NCBI RefSeq assembly: GCF_000407485.1
Contig: NZ_ASWD01000004.1
Location: 259,429-283,428 of the forward strand
Source of the DNA: Enterococcus pallens ATCC BAA-351
Lineage (GTDB): Bacteria; Bacillota; Bacilli; Lactobacillales; Enterococcaceae
Direction of reading: 5' to 3'
Length of the DNA stretch: 24,000 bases
A model generated the notes under the pieces. It worked only from the letters and a program-made list of their open reading frames with translations, did not search any database and was not told the DNA's origin. Both the position numbers and the translations under genes were made by a program. Of this stretch, positions 1 through 8,853 are shown piece after piece; the first letter of the stretch is position 1; the number at the start of each line of letters is the position of its first letter.

Positions 1-990
1 GGCCATAAACATCATTGGCATTAACATGTCATAGCCTTGGTTCGCAAAGTTCTGCAAAGCAATCGGTGTCATGGCATGGTGTAAACCTGTAAAGATCGCA
101 ATTGGTCGAATCGCACCTACGACAATCCCTGCTAACACTGGTGAAATAGTAAATAGTCCAGCCACACCTGCAGCCAATAGATTCCCTAAATGAATACTAA
201 TTGGTCCAATAATTGTTAATGTAACCAAACCAGCCACGAACAAGGAGATGGTTGGAGTAAAGACAGTTCGTAAAACTTGCGGCAAGACCTTATCCACCCA
301 ACGATAAATGTAGCTTAACGCTAAAACTGCAAAGATAATCGGAATAACCGTTCCCGCATAGTTAAAGACCGGAACTGGGACAAGCCCAAACAGTCGAAAC
401 GCTGAAATATTTCCTTCAGCTACCGCATTGGTCATCGTTGGAAACTGTAAAGTTGCTGCAATCGCAATGGCCAAATATTGGTTCGTTTTGAAAATGTGAG
501 CAGCAGAAGCGGCAACGAAAAATGGCAAGAATGTAAATACGCCGCTGGCAATCATATCAATGACTAAATAAGTATCTGTTTGGTTAGAGATGACATTTAA
601 GGCAACTAACCCTGCCATCAATCCTTTGATCATTCCGGCTCCGGCAATCGCAGGTACGATTGGTCCAAATACCCCGGATACAGTATCCATAAACAAGGAA
701 ACGGCACCTTTTTTCTCAGTATCTCCTTGCTGGCTGTTTTCATCTAAACCTAGCTCTTTGGCTAATGGTGCAAAGTAATCAGCTACATCGGTTCCAATAA
801 CGACCTGTAATTGATCGCTTTGGTATTTAGTTCCTACTACTTTAGGAATCTTTTCCAAAGCCGCATAATCAACCTTCTTTTCATCCTTTAAGTTAAAACG
901 CAAGCGGGTCATACAATGCCAAGCGTTGTTAATATTTTCAGCACCGCCAACATCTTTAATGATCTGTTTTGCAATATCTTCATGTTTCAT
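1..990 (-). CDS. PTS sugar transporter, fused EIIB-EIIC (glucose/sucrose/beta-glucoside superfamily). N-terminal part only; the 3' end runs off the window at position 1.
   Basis: Absent from the ORF track because no stop lies inside the window. Reverse translation from the ATG at 990-988 gives MKHEDIAKQIIKDVGGAENINNAWHCMTRLRFNLKDEKK..., which contains the EIIB phospho-cysteine motif C-x-TRLR. Hydrophobic EIIC-like segments follow (GPIVPAIAGAGMIKGLMAGL, GLHHAMTPIALQNF). AAGGAGGG Shine-Dalgarno (complement of 1001-1008) lies 10 nt upstream. Confidence 0.85.
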   Translation of the reverse strand, partial: MKHEDIAKQIIKDVGGAENINNAWHCMTRLRFNLKDEKKVDYAALEKIPKVVGTKYQSDQLQVVIGTDVADYFAPLAKELGLDENSQQGDTEKKGAVSLFMDTVSGVFGPIVPAIAGAGMIKGLMAGLVALNVISNQTDTYLVIDMIASGVFTFLPFFVAASAAHIFKTNQYLAIAIAATLQFPTMTNAVAEGNISAFRLFGLVPVPVFNYAGTVIPIIFAVLALSYIYRWVDKVLPQVLRTVFTPTISLFVAGLVTLTIIGPISIHLGNLLAAGVAGLFTISPVLAGIVVGAIRPIAIFTGLHHAMTPIALQNFANQGYDMLMPMMFMA

Positions 991-1110
991 TTTTTAATAG
1001 CCCTCCTTCATTCTTACGGAACAAGTAATTCAAGCTCGGACTAGTCAACTTCGCTTGAATGATGTGATTCCGTTTTCACCCTCACATAGTAGCATGGTAT
1101 TTCAAACTTG

Positions 1111-1199
1111 TAAAACCAGTCCTTTTCGGTATTTTTATATTAAAAACCGCTATATATCAACGTTTTAAAATAAATTTAATAAAAATTGGACTGGTTTTA
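1111..1199. promoter_or_regulatory. Pair of perfect 12-nt inverted repeats (TAAAACCAGTCC at 1111-1122; its reverse complement at 1188-1199) bracketing an AT-rich 65-bp spacer in the divergent PTS / dehydratase intergenic region. Candidate operator pair.
   Basis: Read directly from the sequence. Each arm contains an ACCAGT/ACTGGT half-site of the kind used by GntR/HutC-family repressors, and a HutC-type regulator is encoded at 2898-3605. Binding is not demonstrated. Confidence 0.35.
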
Positions 1200-1301
1200 T
1201 CGTGCTAATCTAGTATTTTTCAGACCAAATTGACACCGCTTGTCTATCCGTGTTTCAATGAGTGTGGAAATGATTCGTATTACAAAATTGGAGTGAACAA
1301 T

Positions 1302-2501
1302 ATGACACCAACCATTATTACTGATATAAAAAGCTTCGCGATCAAACCTGATCGCCATAATCTATTAGTTGTCAAAGTAGAAACCGACAAAGGAGTATCC
1401 GGTCTTGGCTGCGGTACCTTCCAGTTCCGTCCATTAGCCGTTCAAACAGTGGTAGAAGAATACTTGAAACCGCTATTGATTGGCCGTGATGCCAACCAAA
1501 TCGAAGACATCTGGCAAGTAATGAACGTAAACTCTTACTGGCGCAATGGACCTATCACCAACAATGCAATCTCTGGTGTAGATATGGCCTTGTGGGATAT
1601 CAAAGGCAAATTGGCTGATATGCCATTGTACCAACTATTAGGTGGAAAAGCTCGTACAGCAATCCCAGCTTATACCCATGCAGTTGCCGACAATTTAGAT
1701 GATCTTTATGGAGAAATCGACAAATTTCTAGCAGAAGGGTATCGTTATATCCGTTGCCAATTAGGCTTCTACGGCGGCAACCCTGAGAACCTGCAAACAC
1801 CGGATCAACCAATTAAAGGTTCTTACTTCGATCAAGAAGATTATATGCAAACAACGTTAAAAATGTTTAAAGCAATCAAAGAAAAATACGGCAACCAGTT
1901 CCAAATGCTGCATGATGTACATGAACGTCTGCATCCTAATCAAGCGATTCAGTTTGCCAAAGCAACTGAGCCCTACAATCTGTTCTTTTTAGAGGATATT
2001 TTACCGCCGAACCAAAATGAATGGTTGGCACAATTACGCAGCCAATCAGCAACACCAATCGCTACTGGCGAGCTGTTTAACAACCCAATGGAATGGAAAG
2101 AACTAGTACGCAACCGTCAAATCGACTTTATGCGGGCACACGTTTCTCAAATTGGTGGAATTACACCAGCGCTAAAATTGGCGCATTTCTGTGAAGCAAT
2201 GGGTATCCGTATTGCTTGGCATACGCCTTCTGATATCAGTCCAGTTGGTTTAGCAGTGAATACTCATTTGAACATTCACCTGCACAATGCAGCAATTCAA
2301 GAAAACATTGATATTCCTGAAAATACCCGCAACCTGTTTGGCAATATTCCTGCACCAGAAAAAGGCTTCTTCTACCCGATTGAACAAAGCGGAATCGGCG
2401 TGACCTTCAACGAAGAATTAGCTGAAGAACATCCCGTCGTTTACCGTCCTCATGAATGGACACAAAGCCGGACACCTGACGGAACAATTGTAACGCCATA
2501 G
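1302..2501 (+). CDS. Enolase-superfamily dehydratase, D-mannonate dehydratase (ManD) / D-galactonate dehydratase family member (399 aa).
   Basis: The translation [40 protein letters not shown]...[13 protein letters not shown]...PLYQLLGG is typical of the ManD subgroup of the mandelate racemase/muconate lactonizing enzyme family. I prefer the ATG at 1302 with GGAG at 1290-1293 over the TTG at 1230 used by the ORF track. Confidence 0.9.
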   Translation: MTPTIITDIKSFAIKPDRHNLLVVKVETDKGVSGLGCGTFQFRPLAVQTVVEEYLKPLLIGRDANQIEDIWQVMNVNSYWRNGPITNNAISGVDMALWDIKGKLADMPLYQLLGGKARTAIPAYTHAVADNLDDLYGEIDKFLAEGYRYIRCQLGFYGGNPENLQTPDQPIKGSYFDQEDYMQTTLKMFKAIKEKYGNQFQMLHDVHERLHPNQAIQFAKATEPYNLFFLEDILPPNQNEWLAQLRSQSATPIATGELFNNPMEWKELVRNRQIDFMRAHVSQIGGITPALKLAHFCEAMGIRIAWHTPSDISPVGLAVNTHLNIHLHNAAIQENIDIPENTRNLFGNIPAPEKGFFYPIEQSGIGVTFNEELAEEHPVVYRPHEWTQSRTPDGTIVTP

Positions 2502-2504
2502 CAA

Positions 2505-2552
2505 AAAAACGCTGAGATCAACGGAACCTAGGGGTTGATCTCAGTGTTTTTA
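2505..2552 (+). terminator. Rho-independent terminator downstream of the dehydratase gene.
   Basis: An 11-bp perfect stem (ctgagatcaac 2512-2522 with gttgatctcag 2534-2544) is followed by tgttttt. An A-run precedes it, so it could work in both directions. Confidence 0.8.
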
Positions 2553-2613
2553 TATGTATTCAATTTTTTTGGCAGTTAGCTGGTATAATAAAGAAGAAGG
2601 GTGGCGATGACTT

Positions 2614-2901
2614 ATGACAAAGCACACGCATCAAAAAAACACTTCTAGACCTATTCTTTGGCGCTTCGGTATTATTGGACTTTTTTTGTACAATCGGTTG
2701 AAAGATACGACCTATTTTCAAAACCGGACAGCTATTTTTAGCTTCTATTGCTTTTCCTTCCTTTTCGTTTTCTCACTTCTGTATATCGGCTTAATTTTCT
2801 TTGGTTTTAGTCCATCCATTCCACTCGTCTGGAGTATCCTATTACTTACAAGTATCGCATACGGCTATTGGGCTGCCCGCTATTTCTCTTCAACCTGTTA
2901 G
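2614..2901 (+). CDS. Small hypothetical integral membrane protein (95 aa, about 3 predicted TM segments).
   Basis: ORF with hydrophobic stretches (FGIIGLFLY, FSFYCFSFLFVFSLLYIGLIFFGF, LVWSILLLTSIAYGYW). An extended -10-like TGgTATAAT lies at 2581-2589 and a purine-rich SD (gaagggtgg) precedes the ATG. I recognise no family. Confidence 0.4.
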   Translation: MTKHTHQKNTSRPILWRFGIIGLFLYNRLKDTTYFQNRTAIFSFYCFSFLFVFSLLYIGLIFFGFSPSIPLVWSILLLTSIAYGYWAARYFSSTC

Positions 2902-3605
2902 TCTATCCGTGAACGATGAATTTCCCGATCAAATGGCCGAATATAGGTCACTGAATAATCAATCGCAATAATGCTGCTGTATTCGTAGACCTGACCATCT
3001 TCTAGGATTGCCCGATTGGTGATCTGCATCGCCGGTGTTCCACGCTTGCATAAAAGCAGGCGCGACTGCTCCTTATTGGTAGTAATCGGATCGTAGCTGG
3101 TAATGTAATGGGAGATACGGTAGCCCTGATTTTCTACATAATTTTGAATCGAATGCTCCACTGCCTCCTGTGAAAAATTAGGAAACATCGAAACCGGCAG
3201 CTTAGAGATTTCCAGCTGCTCAATCTTATAATTGACAATTCGAATCCGCTCAAAGGTCCAGATTTCCTCCTCCGCATCAATCTGAAAAATCTTCTGCTCC
3301 TCTAGCGTTGCAGGCGCCTTCTTCAGATCAATCATTTTAGAGTCAATTCGATCATAAGGAGTCCGAGTCAACGAGTTAAAAATCAACGGATTATTGACCC
3401 ATTCCTCATGGACAAAGATCCCTGAACCTTGAACGACCCGCACAATCCCAATTTCTTCCAAATTTTTCACAGCTTGCTGAATCGTAAAGCGCGACACCCC
3501 ATAAATCTTTGCTAAATCCCGCTGATTCGGCAGCTTGCCGTTTTTAAACTCTTCTTGATATATTTTACTAAGCAAATCTTGCACAATGAATTCGCGTTTT
3601 TTCAT
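2898..3605 (-). CDS. GntR-family transcriptional regulator, HutC subfamily (N-terminal wHTH plus C-terminal UTRA effector domain), 235 aa.
   Basis: MKKREFIVQDLLSKIYQEEFKNGKLPNQRDLAKIYGVSRFTIQQAVKNLEEIGIVRVVQGSGIFV is a canonical GntR HTH. The C-terminal half resembles UTRA. Start placed at the ATG at 3605 with AGGAG (complement of 3613-3617) 7 nt upstream, rather than at 3626. Confidence 0.9.
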   Translation of the reverse strand: MKKREFIVQDLLSKIYQEEFKNGKLPNQRDLAKIYGVSRFTIQQAVKNLEEIGIVRVVQGSGIFVHEEWVNNPLIFNSLTRTPYDRIDSKMIDLKKAPATLEEQKIFQIDAEEEIWTFERIRIVNYKIEQLEISKLPVSMFPNFSQEAVEHSIQNYVENQGYRISHYITSYDPITTNKEQSRLLLCKRGTPAMQITNRAILEDGQVYEYSSIIAIDYSVTYIRPFDREIHRSRID

Positions 3606-3619
3606 GGAGAGACTCCTTT

Positions 3620-3633
3620 GTATCATTTGATAC
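3620..3633. promoter_or_regulatory. 14-bp palindrome GTATCA-TT-TGATAC immediately upstream of the GntR gene SD. Candidate autoregulatory operator.
   Basis: Perfect 6-bp arms read directly. It fits the generic GntR-family GT-Nx-AC operator architecture and sits between a plausible -10 (TATAGT on the minus strand) and the RBS. Function is inferred. Confidence 0.35.
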
Positions 3634-4112
3634 TGTAACTATACATGGAATCTGCTGAAAAGTTAATAAGTAAACATAAGATGAGGTAGTTGTTTGGGTA
3701 GTATAGGTCTATTTTGGACAACTGCTCGTTGGATCAATTCGTTTTCTTTATTTACTCTTGCCGCTCCAGCAAGCTGTTGACTAGGTCAGCCTAAAACGAT
3801 AGATACCAAACTAAATCATCAATTCAGACGTTTCAGCAACAAAAAAATTGCGATGCTCCTTTCTAAGAAGTGAGCCCCTATTCGGTCACCTTCTAGCAGC
3901 CGACCATCACAAACATGCTACATACTATAATTCCTCTAACACCATTCCATAGATTAGGCTAGGTGTTTTAGATATGTCCCACTATCATATGTTTATCATC
4001 GGGTTACAGGAATAGACGATTATATCAGTGTCTTGATATAAATTTCTATGTCCTCAAAATGGGAAAACACTAAAGTTACTTGTATAATTTAAAAAATTTT
4101 AATACTGGAACC

Positions 4113-4153
4113 AAAAAAATCCTATAGAATCTTTTCCAGACAGATTCTATAGG
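4113..4153 (-). terminator. Rho-independent terminator ending the minus-strand PTS/BtpA/HAD operon.
   Basis: A 12-bp perfect stem (cctatagaatct 4121-4132 with agattctatagg 4142-4153) is followed on the minus strand by a T7 run (complement of 4114-4120). It lies 9 nt after the stop of the HAD gene. Confidence 0.8.
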
Positions 4154-4161
4154 ACGGATTA

Positions 4162-4833
4162 TTATCTTAACGTTGCTATATACGTTTGAACATGTTCGAT
4201 TATCTCATTAAAATCTTGATACTCAATAAATGGAAGGCCTTGTTTATTTAGATAGTCACTGAGTTGCTGGCCTTTCTTCGCATAGACAATGTCAGCTGCT
4301 TTTGAACCTTCAAAATCAGAAATGCTGTCTCCAATAAAAATGACTTGGTAACCCTGTTTTTGATAGCTTCTAATTACTTTGGCTTTATCCACGCCATTTT
4401 CTTGATCATAAAAGAGCTGCGGATGCTCAACAGTCATTTTCCCATCAGCAAAAATCAATTGATTTGAAATAACTCGTTCATTGGGGATGGACATGCCCTC
4501 CCCTTTGAGGGAATAGTAAACGTTTTGACATGTTCCAGCACTGACAATTACAAAATCCCACTCCTTGATTAAGAAATTTTTGAAAGAAAGATCAATTAAC
4601 ATATTTTCTTGTAAAGTACAGATGAATTCTTCTTTAGATATTCTAATAGCTTCTAACTGTTCCTTTATATATGTTCTTACAGAAATCTTCTTTTGCCTTA
4701 TGTCGCTAAGGTATGCTTGATGCAATTCAGGAATATAGGTTTCAGCTAGCATTGTCGTACTATCATTTATTGAAATGGTCCCATCGAAATCAATCACAAA
4801 CTTATATCGAACAGACTCGTTTAGTTTTTTCAT
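4162..4833 (-). CDS. HAD-superfamily hydrolase/phosphatase (subfamily IB-like, PSPase/MtnX-like), 223 aa.
   Basis: Motif I FVIDFDGTIS (DxDGT) near the N-terminus and motif IV-like FIGDSISD near the C-terminus. It overlaps the upstream gene by 4 nt. Confidence 0.8.
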   Translation of the reverse strand: MKKLNESVRYKFVIDFDGTISINDSTTMLAETYIPELHQAYLSDIRQKKISVRTYIKEQLEAIRISKEEFICTLQENMLIDLSFKNFLIKEWDFVIVSAGTCQNVYYSLKGEGMSIPNERVISNQLIFADGKMTVEHPQLFYDQENGVDKAKVIRSYQKQGYQVIFIGDSISDFEGSKAADIVYAKKGQQLSDYLNKQGLPFIEYQDFNEIIEHVQTYIATLR

Positions 4834-5648
4834 GAATGAAGTTGATTCCGAAAGGCTTTGACTTTATCCATAAACTCCTTAACACGTGCTTGATCAACGT
4901 GATTCTCAAACACACCATCCTTTTTAAAGGTAGTTCCCACAACTGCTCCGTCTGCTATTTTTAATTGCTCCTCAACATTATTTAGTCTAACGCCTGTATT
5001 TGCAAAGACGACAGTGTTTGGAACAACATCTTTGACGATTTTTAACGTGTTCGCATCTGTTTCAGTTCCTGCTGTTAATCCTGAGACGCAAAGAGCATCG
5101 GGACGGTTGTTAAACACCGTTGATTTAGCAACACTAATGATATCCCGATCCCCAAGATAAGTCGCCGCTTCTGGTACGATGTTAAACAATAGCTTAACGT
5201 TTTGCGCGCCAATTTGCTTTTGGTGTCGAACAGTCTCCCCAACATTAGTATTCCACAAACCAAAGTCTGAACCATAAACTCCAGTAAAGATTTCTCTTAC
5301 AAAGATAGCATCCACTGCTTTAGCTAGGTCTAACGATTTCTTTGCATCCCATAGCACATTCACACCAAAAGGAATTTTAATGAACGGCTTCAGTTCTCCA
5401 ATAATCCGTGCCATCGCAGCCACTGTTTCTGTATGAACATCGGTCAAATATGGCAAAGAGAACTCATTCGAAAACATTACCGCATCCACGCCGCCTTCTT
5501 GAAGTGCTAGAAAATCAGCTTTAGCATGTTCGATGACCTTTTCCATACCGCCTTCTTCATCAAAATGAGGATCTCCCGGCAGTGCATCAAAATGACACAT
5601 CGCAATAATCGCTTTTTCTGTACCTAATTTTTCTTTTAACCAAGTCAT
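4830..5648 (-). CDS. BtpA/SgcQ-family TIM-barrel protein, 272 aa.
   Basis: MTWLKEKLGTEKAIIAMCHFDALPGDPHFD...GGVDAVMFSNEF...ANTGV resembles the BtpA / E. coli SgcQ family. Its context next to a galactitol-type EIIC matches the sgc operon. Confidence 0.75.
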   Translation of the reverse strand: MTWLKEKLGTEKAIIAMCHFDALPGDPHFDEEGGMEKVIEHAKADFLALQEGGVDAVMFSNEFSLPYLTDVHTETVAAMARIIGELKPFIKIPFGVNVLWDAKKSLDLAKAVDAIFVREIFTGVYGSDFGLWNTNVGETVRHQKQIGAQNVKLLFNIVPEAATYLGDRDIISVAKSTVFNNRPDALCVSGLTAGTETDANTLKIVKDVVPNTVVFANTGVRLNNVEEQLKIADGAVVGTTFKKDGVFENHVDQARVKEFMDKVKAFRNQLHS

Positions 5649-5666
5649 GTTTTTTCCTCCTGATTT

Positions 5667-6986
5667 TTACTCTTTTAGAGCATTTCTTTTTACAAAAATT
5701 GTTATGAAGCAAGTCATTATAATTAAAATGGCTAAGCCAAGATAACCTAAGAATCCAATATTGGCGATAATAAAATCAAACACATTTCCTGCCCATAAAG
5801 CCGTAACCTTATCGCCAGATTCCGAAACACCGCCCTCTTCCGCTAATTTGGTAAAGTACGGAGATATCCAAGTGGCAATATACAAGATGCCGGTCATGTT
5901 AATAACACCACTGATTAAGGTTTTTAAAATATTCCCTTTATGAATGATACTAGCCATACAGATGAAGAATGCTGCAAAGGCTAAATCTGCTAAAGGTAAC
6001 ACCTTATTTCCTGGTAAAATCGCTGCTAATATCAGCGTAATTGGAATCAATATGGTCCCAATAATCATCGTTGTCGGATGACCCAAGGTAACGGCAGAAT
6101 CCAGACCTATATACACTTCTTTGCCAGAAAAATGTTTAGCAAAGAATCCTTTTGCTGCTTCGGATAATGGCATCAAGCCTTCCACGATTATCTTAATCAT
6201 CCGAGGAAACAGCACCATGATTCCACAGACACCCATCACAAGGTTCGCACCATCTTTAAAGCCATAGCCTGCCAACAAACTTAAAATAATTCCCAAGATT
6301 CCCCCGATTATGACTGGGTCTCCCATAAAGCCGACCTTTTTCTGCAGTCCTTTAATATCTAAATTCGAATTATGCAGAAAAGGAATTTTACTGTAAATCT
6401 TATCTAAAATGACGAACAAAGGAACGCTGCTGGCCGCATAGCCTTGCGGTATTGAAATACTTTCGACACCCAGCTCCTTTTGAACCCTTTTCGCTGTGTA
6501 GTCAGCCGATAATAACGACCAGGTCGCTTGAACCAACGCTGCTCCCATACCTAAAATCAAATTTCCTGTTACTAAATGAACGACAGCGCCGGTAAAGGCA
6601 TAGTGAGAATAATTGAAAATATCAATATTCATCGTTTTGGTAGCACCAACAGCTAAAAGCAGCACATTCAAAACGAAGACTGACGGGATGATCAGTGCCC
6701 CTACTACTGTCGAAAAAGCGACTCCTGCGCCTGCGCCTGAACCAAGATCAATAACCGTTAAATTAAAACCAAATCGTTCAACAATCAAATTGACCGCCGG
6801 TGATAAAAAACTAGAAATCAGTCCTACAGCTAAATTAAACCCAATAAACCCAACACCTACTGTGATTCCTGATTTTACAGACTTAAAAAAGCCTAAACCA
6901 AAGATCAAACCAATAATGAATAAAACAATCGGAACAAAAACGGTTGATCCTAGCGATAAAATATAATCAAGTATGCCTTCCATCAA
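5667..6986 (-). CDS. PTS EIIC component, galactitol (GatC/SgcC) family, 439 aa.
   Basis: Polytopic membrane protein with an N-terminus (MMEGILDYILSLGSTVFVPIVLFIIGL...) typical of GatC/SgcC-type EIIC. EIIB and EIIA genes are adjacent. Confidence 0.9.
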   Translation of the reverse strand: MMEGILDYILSLGSTVFVPIVLFIIGLIFGLGFFKSVKSGITVGVGFIGFNLAVGLISSFLSPAVNLIVERFGFNLTVIDLGSGAGAGVAFSTVVGALIIPSVFVLNVLLLAVGATKTMNIDIFNYSHYAFTGAVVHLVTGNLILGMGAALVQATWSLLSADYTAKRVQKELGVESISIPQGYAASSVPLFVILDKIYSKIPFLHNSNLDIKGLQKKVGFMGDPVIIGGILGIILSLLAGYGFKDGANLVMGVCGIMVLFPRMIKIIVEGLMPLSEAAKGFFAKHFSGKEVYIGLDSAVTLGHPTTMIIGTILIPITLILAAILPGNKVLPLADLAFAAFFICMASIIHKGNILKTLISGVINMTGILYIATWISPYFTKLAEEGGVSESGDKVTALWAGNVFDFIIANIGFLGYLGLAILIIMTCFITIFVKRNALKE

Positions 6987-7003
6987 TTTCCCTCCTTCTC
7001 AAA

Positions 7004-7279
7004 TCAATTCTTTAAAATATCAATGATCTTCTCAGCTGCCTCTGCTTCTCCAATCCCTACCAAAAAGGGTGTTCCTACAACCATTGGCACACCATAATCT
7101 TCTTCAACCCGCATCGCTGTCACAAATAAGTCCGCTTCCTTGTACATATCCAGCTCACTTAATTGTGCTTGAGAAAGCGTGTATTCCACTTCATTATCAT
7201 CCAAGACCTTTCTAACCTTTTCAGCGATCATAGAAGAAGTTGCCATACCTGTTCCACATGCTACAATTACTCTTTTCAT
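7004..7279 (-). CDS. PTS EIIB component (galactitol/SgcB-type), 91 aa.
   Basis: MKRVIVACGTGMATSSMI carries the phospho-cysteine loop of PTS_IIB proteins. Its start overlaps the stop of the upstream gene by 4 nt. Confidence 0.85.
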   Translation of the reverse strand: MKRVIVACGTGMATSSMIAEKVRKVLDDNEVEYTLSQAQLSELDMYKEADLFVTAMRVEEDYGVPMVVGTPFLVGIGEAEAAEKIIDILKN

Positions 7280-8388
7280 TGTCCCTCTCCCCTTTCAAAA
7301 TCAATATCTTTTCCAAATCTTTGAACACCATCTAACGAATACAAAAACCCTGCTAATAATTGATAAATTCCTAGAGCATCCTCTAAATTAATCACTTCAA
7401 TCGGTGTATGCGTATAACGAGTCGGGAGTGAAATATTTGCTACAACTGTCCGACTGCTTTCAATTGAAATATAGGCAGTCTCGGTCAAAATCCCTGTAGC
7501 CACTTCTCTTTGCATAGGTATACCAACCTTTTTCCCAATAGTTTCTAAGTAGGTCAAAAAATTCTTATTGGGAACAATACCCGCTAAGGTCCCTCGACTA
7601 TGATGATTCATATAAGTCAGCGCCGGACCTTTGCCTAAATGAATTTCAGATAACCCCATCAAGTCTGGTGTATCAGTGGCGGGAGTAACATCTAAGCCGA
7701 GCACAATTTCTGGATCAATTGTTCTTACAGTTGGCATGATACCGCGGGTGTTGAACTCCTCTTGAACACTGAATACTAGATAAAGATCAACCTTCAGCTT
7801 CTCAATATCTATGTTCTCATTCAAATAAACCAAGATACTTAACAACGCCCGATCATCCATCGCTTTGTTTGAAATACACTTTCCACATAACTCTAAAAAC
7901 TGAGGTTTAAAAGTAACTGGGGTTCCAATATTGATCCCTGCTTCCAGCACTTCGTCACGACTCATAGCACCAATATCCAAATAATAGTCCCGAGCATTTT
8001 CTGGAAGCTTTCCTTCTTTTTGCTTTGCTAAATGATGAGACTTAACTCCTACAACGCCGTTAACAGGACCTTTTTCCCCATGTAGTTCAAGCTTTAAACC
8101 AGCGAGGCACGTTGGGTTCAGTGAACCTAATTTTTCACAATGAATGAACCCTGCTTCATCTATGTGATTGACCATCATACCAACTTCATCCATATGACCA
8201 AAAAGCATAACCTTTTGCTTCCCGACATTTTTAGGTGTCATGTGAACGGTTAAATTACCTAAGATATCAAGAGAAACCTGTCGCTCTTCTCCTAGATGAT
8301 CCATTAGATAGTGAATAACCTGGTCCTCATACCCGACATTTCCCGAAAGATCAGTCATTTCCCTGATCAGCTGCTTCATTCGCTGCAT
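7276..8388 (-). CDS. M42-family metallopeptidase-like protein (FrvX/SgcX/YpdE family; often annotated as endoglucanase or aminopeptidase), 370 aa.
   Basis: Motifs FGHMDEVG, AMDDR, SVQEE and a C-terminal YTHTP match the M42 metal-binding pattern. AGGAGGGG SD lies 7 nt upstream of the ATG at 8388. Confidence 0.9.
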   Translation of the reverse strand: MQRMKQLIREMTDLSGNVGYEDQVIHYLMDHLGEERQVSLDILGNLTVHMTPKNVGKQKVMLFGHMDEVGMMVNHIDEAGFIHCEKLGSLNPTCLAGLKLELHGEKGPVNGVVGVKSHHLAKQKEGKLPENARDYYLDIGAMSRDEVLEAGINIGTPVTFKPQFLELCGKCISNKAMDDRALLSILVYLNENIDIEKLKVDLYLVFSVQEEFNTRGIMPTVRTIDPEIVLGLDVTPATDTPDLMGLSEIHLGKGPALTYMNHHSRGTLAGIVPNKNFLTYLETIGKKVGIPMQREVATGILTETAYISIESSRTVVANISLPTRYTHTPIEVINLEDALGIYQLLAGFLYSLDGVQRFGKDIDFERGEGQ

Positions 8389-8849
8389 GTTTCTTCCCCT
8401 CCTAATTGAGCAAAATGGGAAAAGACGCTCATTAATTTCTCCTTTGAATCCGCCAGTTTAATCTCTTCGATAAATTGTTGATTGGTGAATAGCTGAGCCA
8501 ATGAGGAAAGATTTTTTAAATGAATTTTTCCATCGGTAAAGACTAAACCGATCACTAAATCTACTGGCAGCAGCTCCAAAGTTTCCGCATTTCGAAAGAC
8601 TACAGGTTTAGCTGGTTTTACTAAGAAAAACGTATTTTTGGTCACATTCTTTGGCTCTGTGTGACAGATAGCTACGTTCAATCCGGCCAGCTTCAGGCCC
8701 GTAGGATATTTTTCTTCTCTGGAAATGATGGATTGCTCGTACGTTTCCTTCACATAACCTTTTTCATATAAATCCTTGGCTACTGAAGAAAGTAGTTCTT
8801 GAGCAGTTGAATACTCCTCATCAAAATAAACAAAATCTTGGTTAAGCAT
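8376..8849 (-). CDS. PTS EIIA component (fructose/mannitol/Ntr type, SgcA-like), 157 aa.
   Basis: VAICHTEP contains the EIIA_2 active-site His context. I place the start at the ATG at 8849 (GGAG 9 nt upstream, 5 nt after the regulator stop) rather than at 8909, which would overlap the regulator by 56 nt. Confidence 0.85.
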   Translation of the reverse strand: MLNQDFVYFDEEYSTAQELLSSVAKDLYEKGYVKETYEQSIISREEKYPTGLKLAGLNVAICHTEPKNVTKNTFFLVKPAKPVVFRNAETLELLPVDLVIGLVFTDGKIHLKNLSSLAQLFTNQQFIEEIKLADSKEKLMSVFSHFAQLGGEETCSE

Positions 8850-8853
8850 CTTA

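Noticed and set aside
1028-1060. A stem-loop in the PTS EIIBC leader, considered as a RAT/terminator pair for BglG/LicT-type antitermination.
   Set aside because: No U-tract follows the stem on the minus strand. I could not match the sequence to the RAT consensus. The window holds no LicT/BglG-type antiterminator gene; the only PRD protein belongs to the other PTS cluster and is activator-type.
6613-6966. Antisense or shadow ORFs of 60-140 aa. These lie at 590-778, 1600-1812, 5075-5275, 5761-5943, 6613-6966, 7179-7391, 11445-11717, 12060-12338, 12505-12801, 13100-13300 and 13988-14182. Further ones lie at 16667-16855, 17382-17567, 17858-18163, 17994-18239, 19077-19268, 19287-19532, 20290-20514, 20477-20689, 20565-20753, 21226-21642, 21262-21600, 21683-21913, 22010-22204, 22441-22773 and 23262-23447.
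   Set aside because: All lie inside or opposite much longer ORFs with clear family signatures. They have low-complexity or atypical composition, lack SD sequences and match no family I recognise. I treat them as frame shadows.
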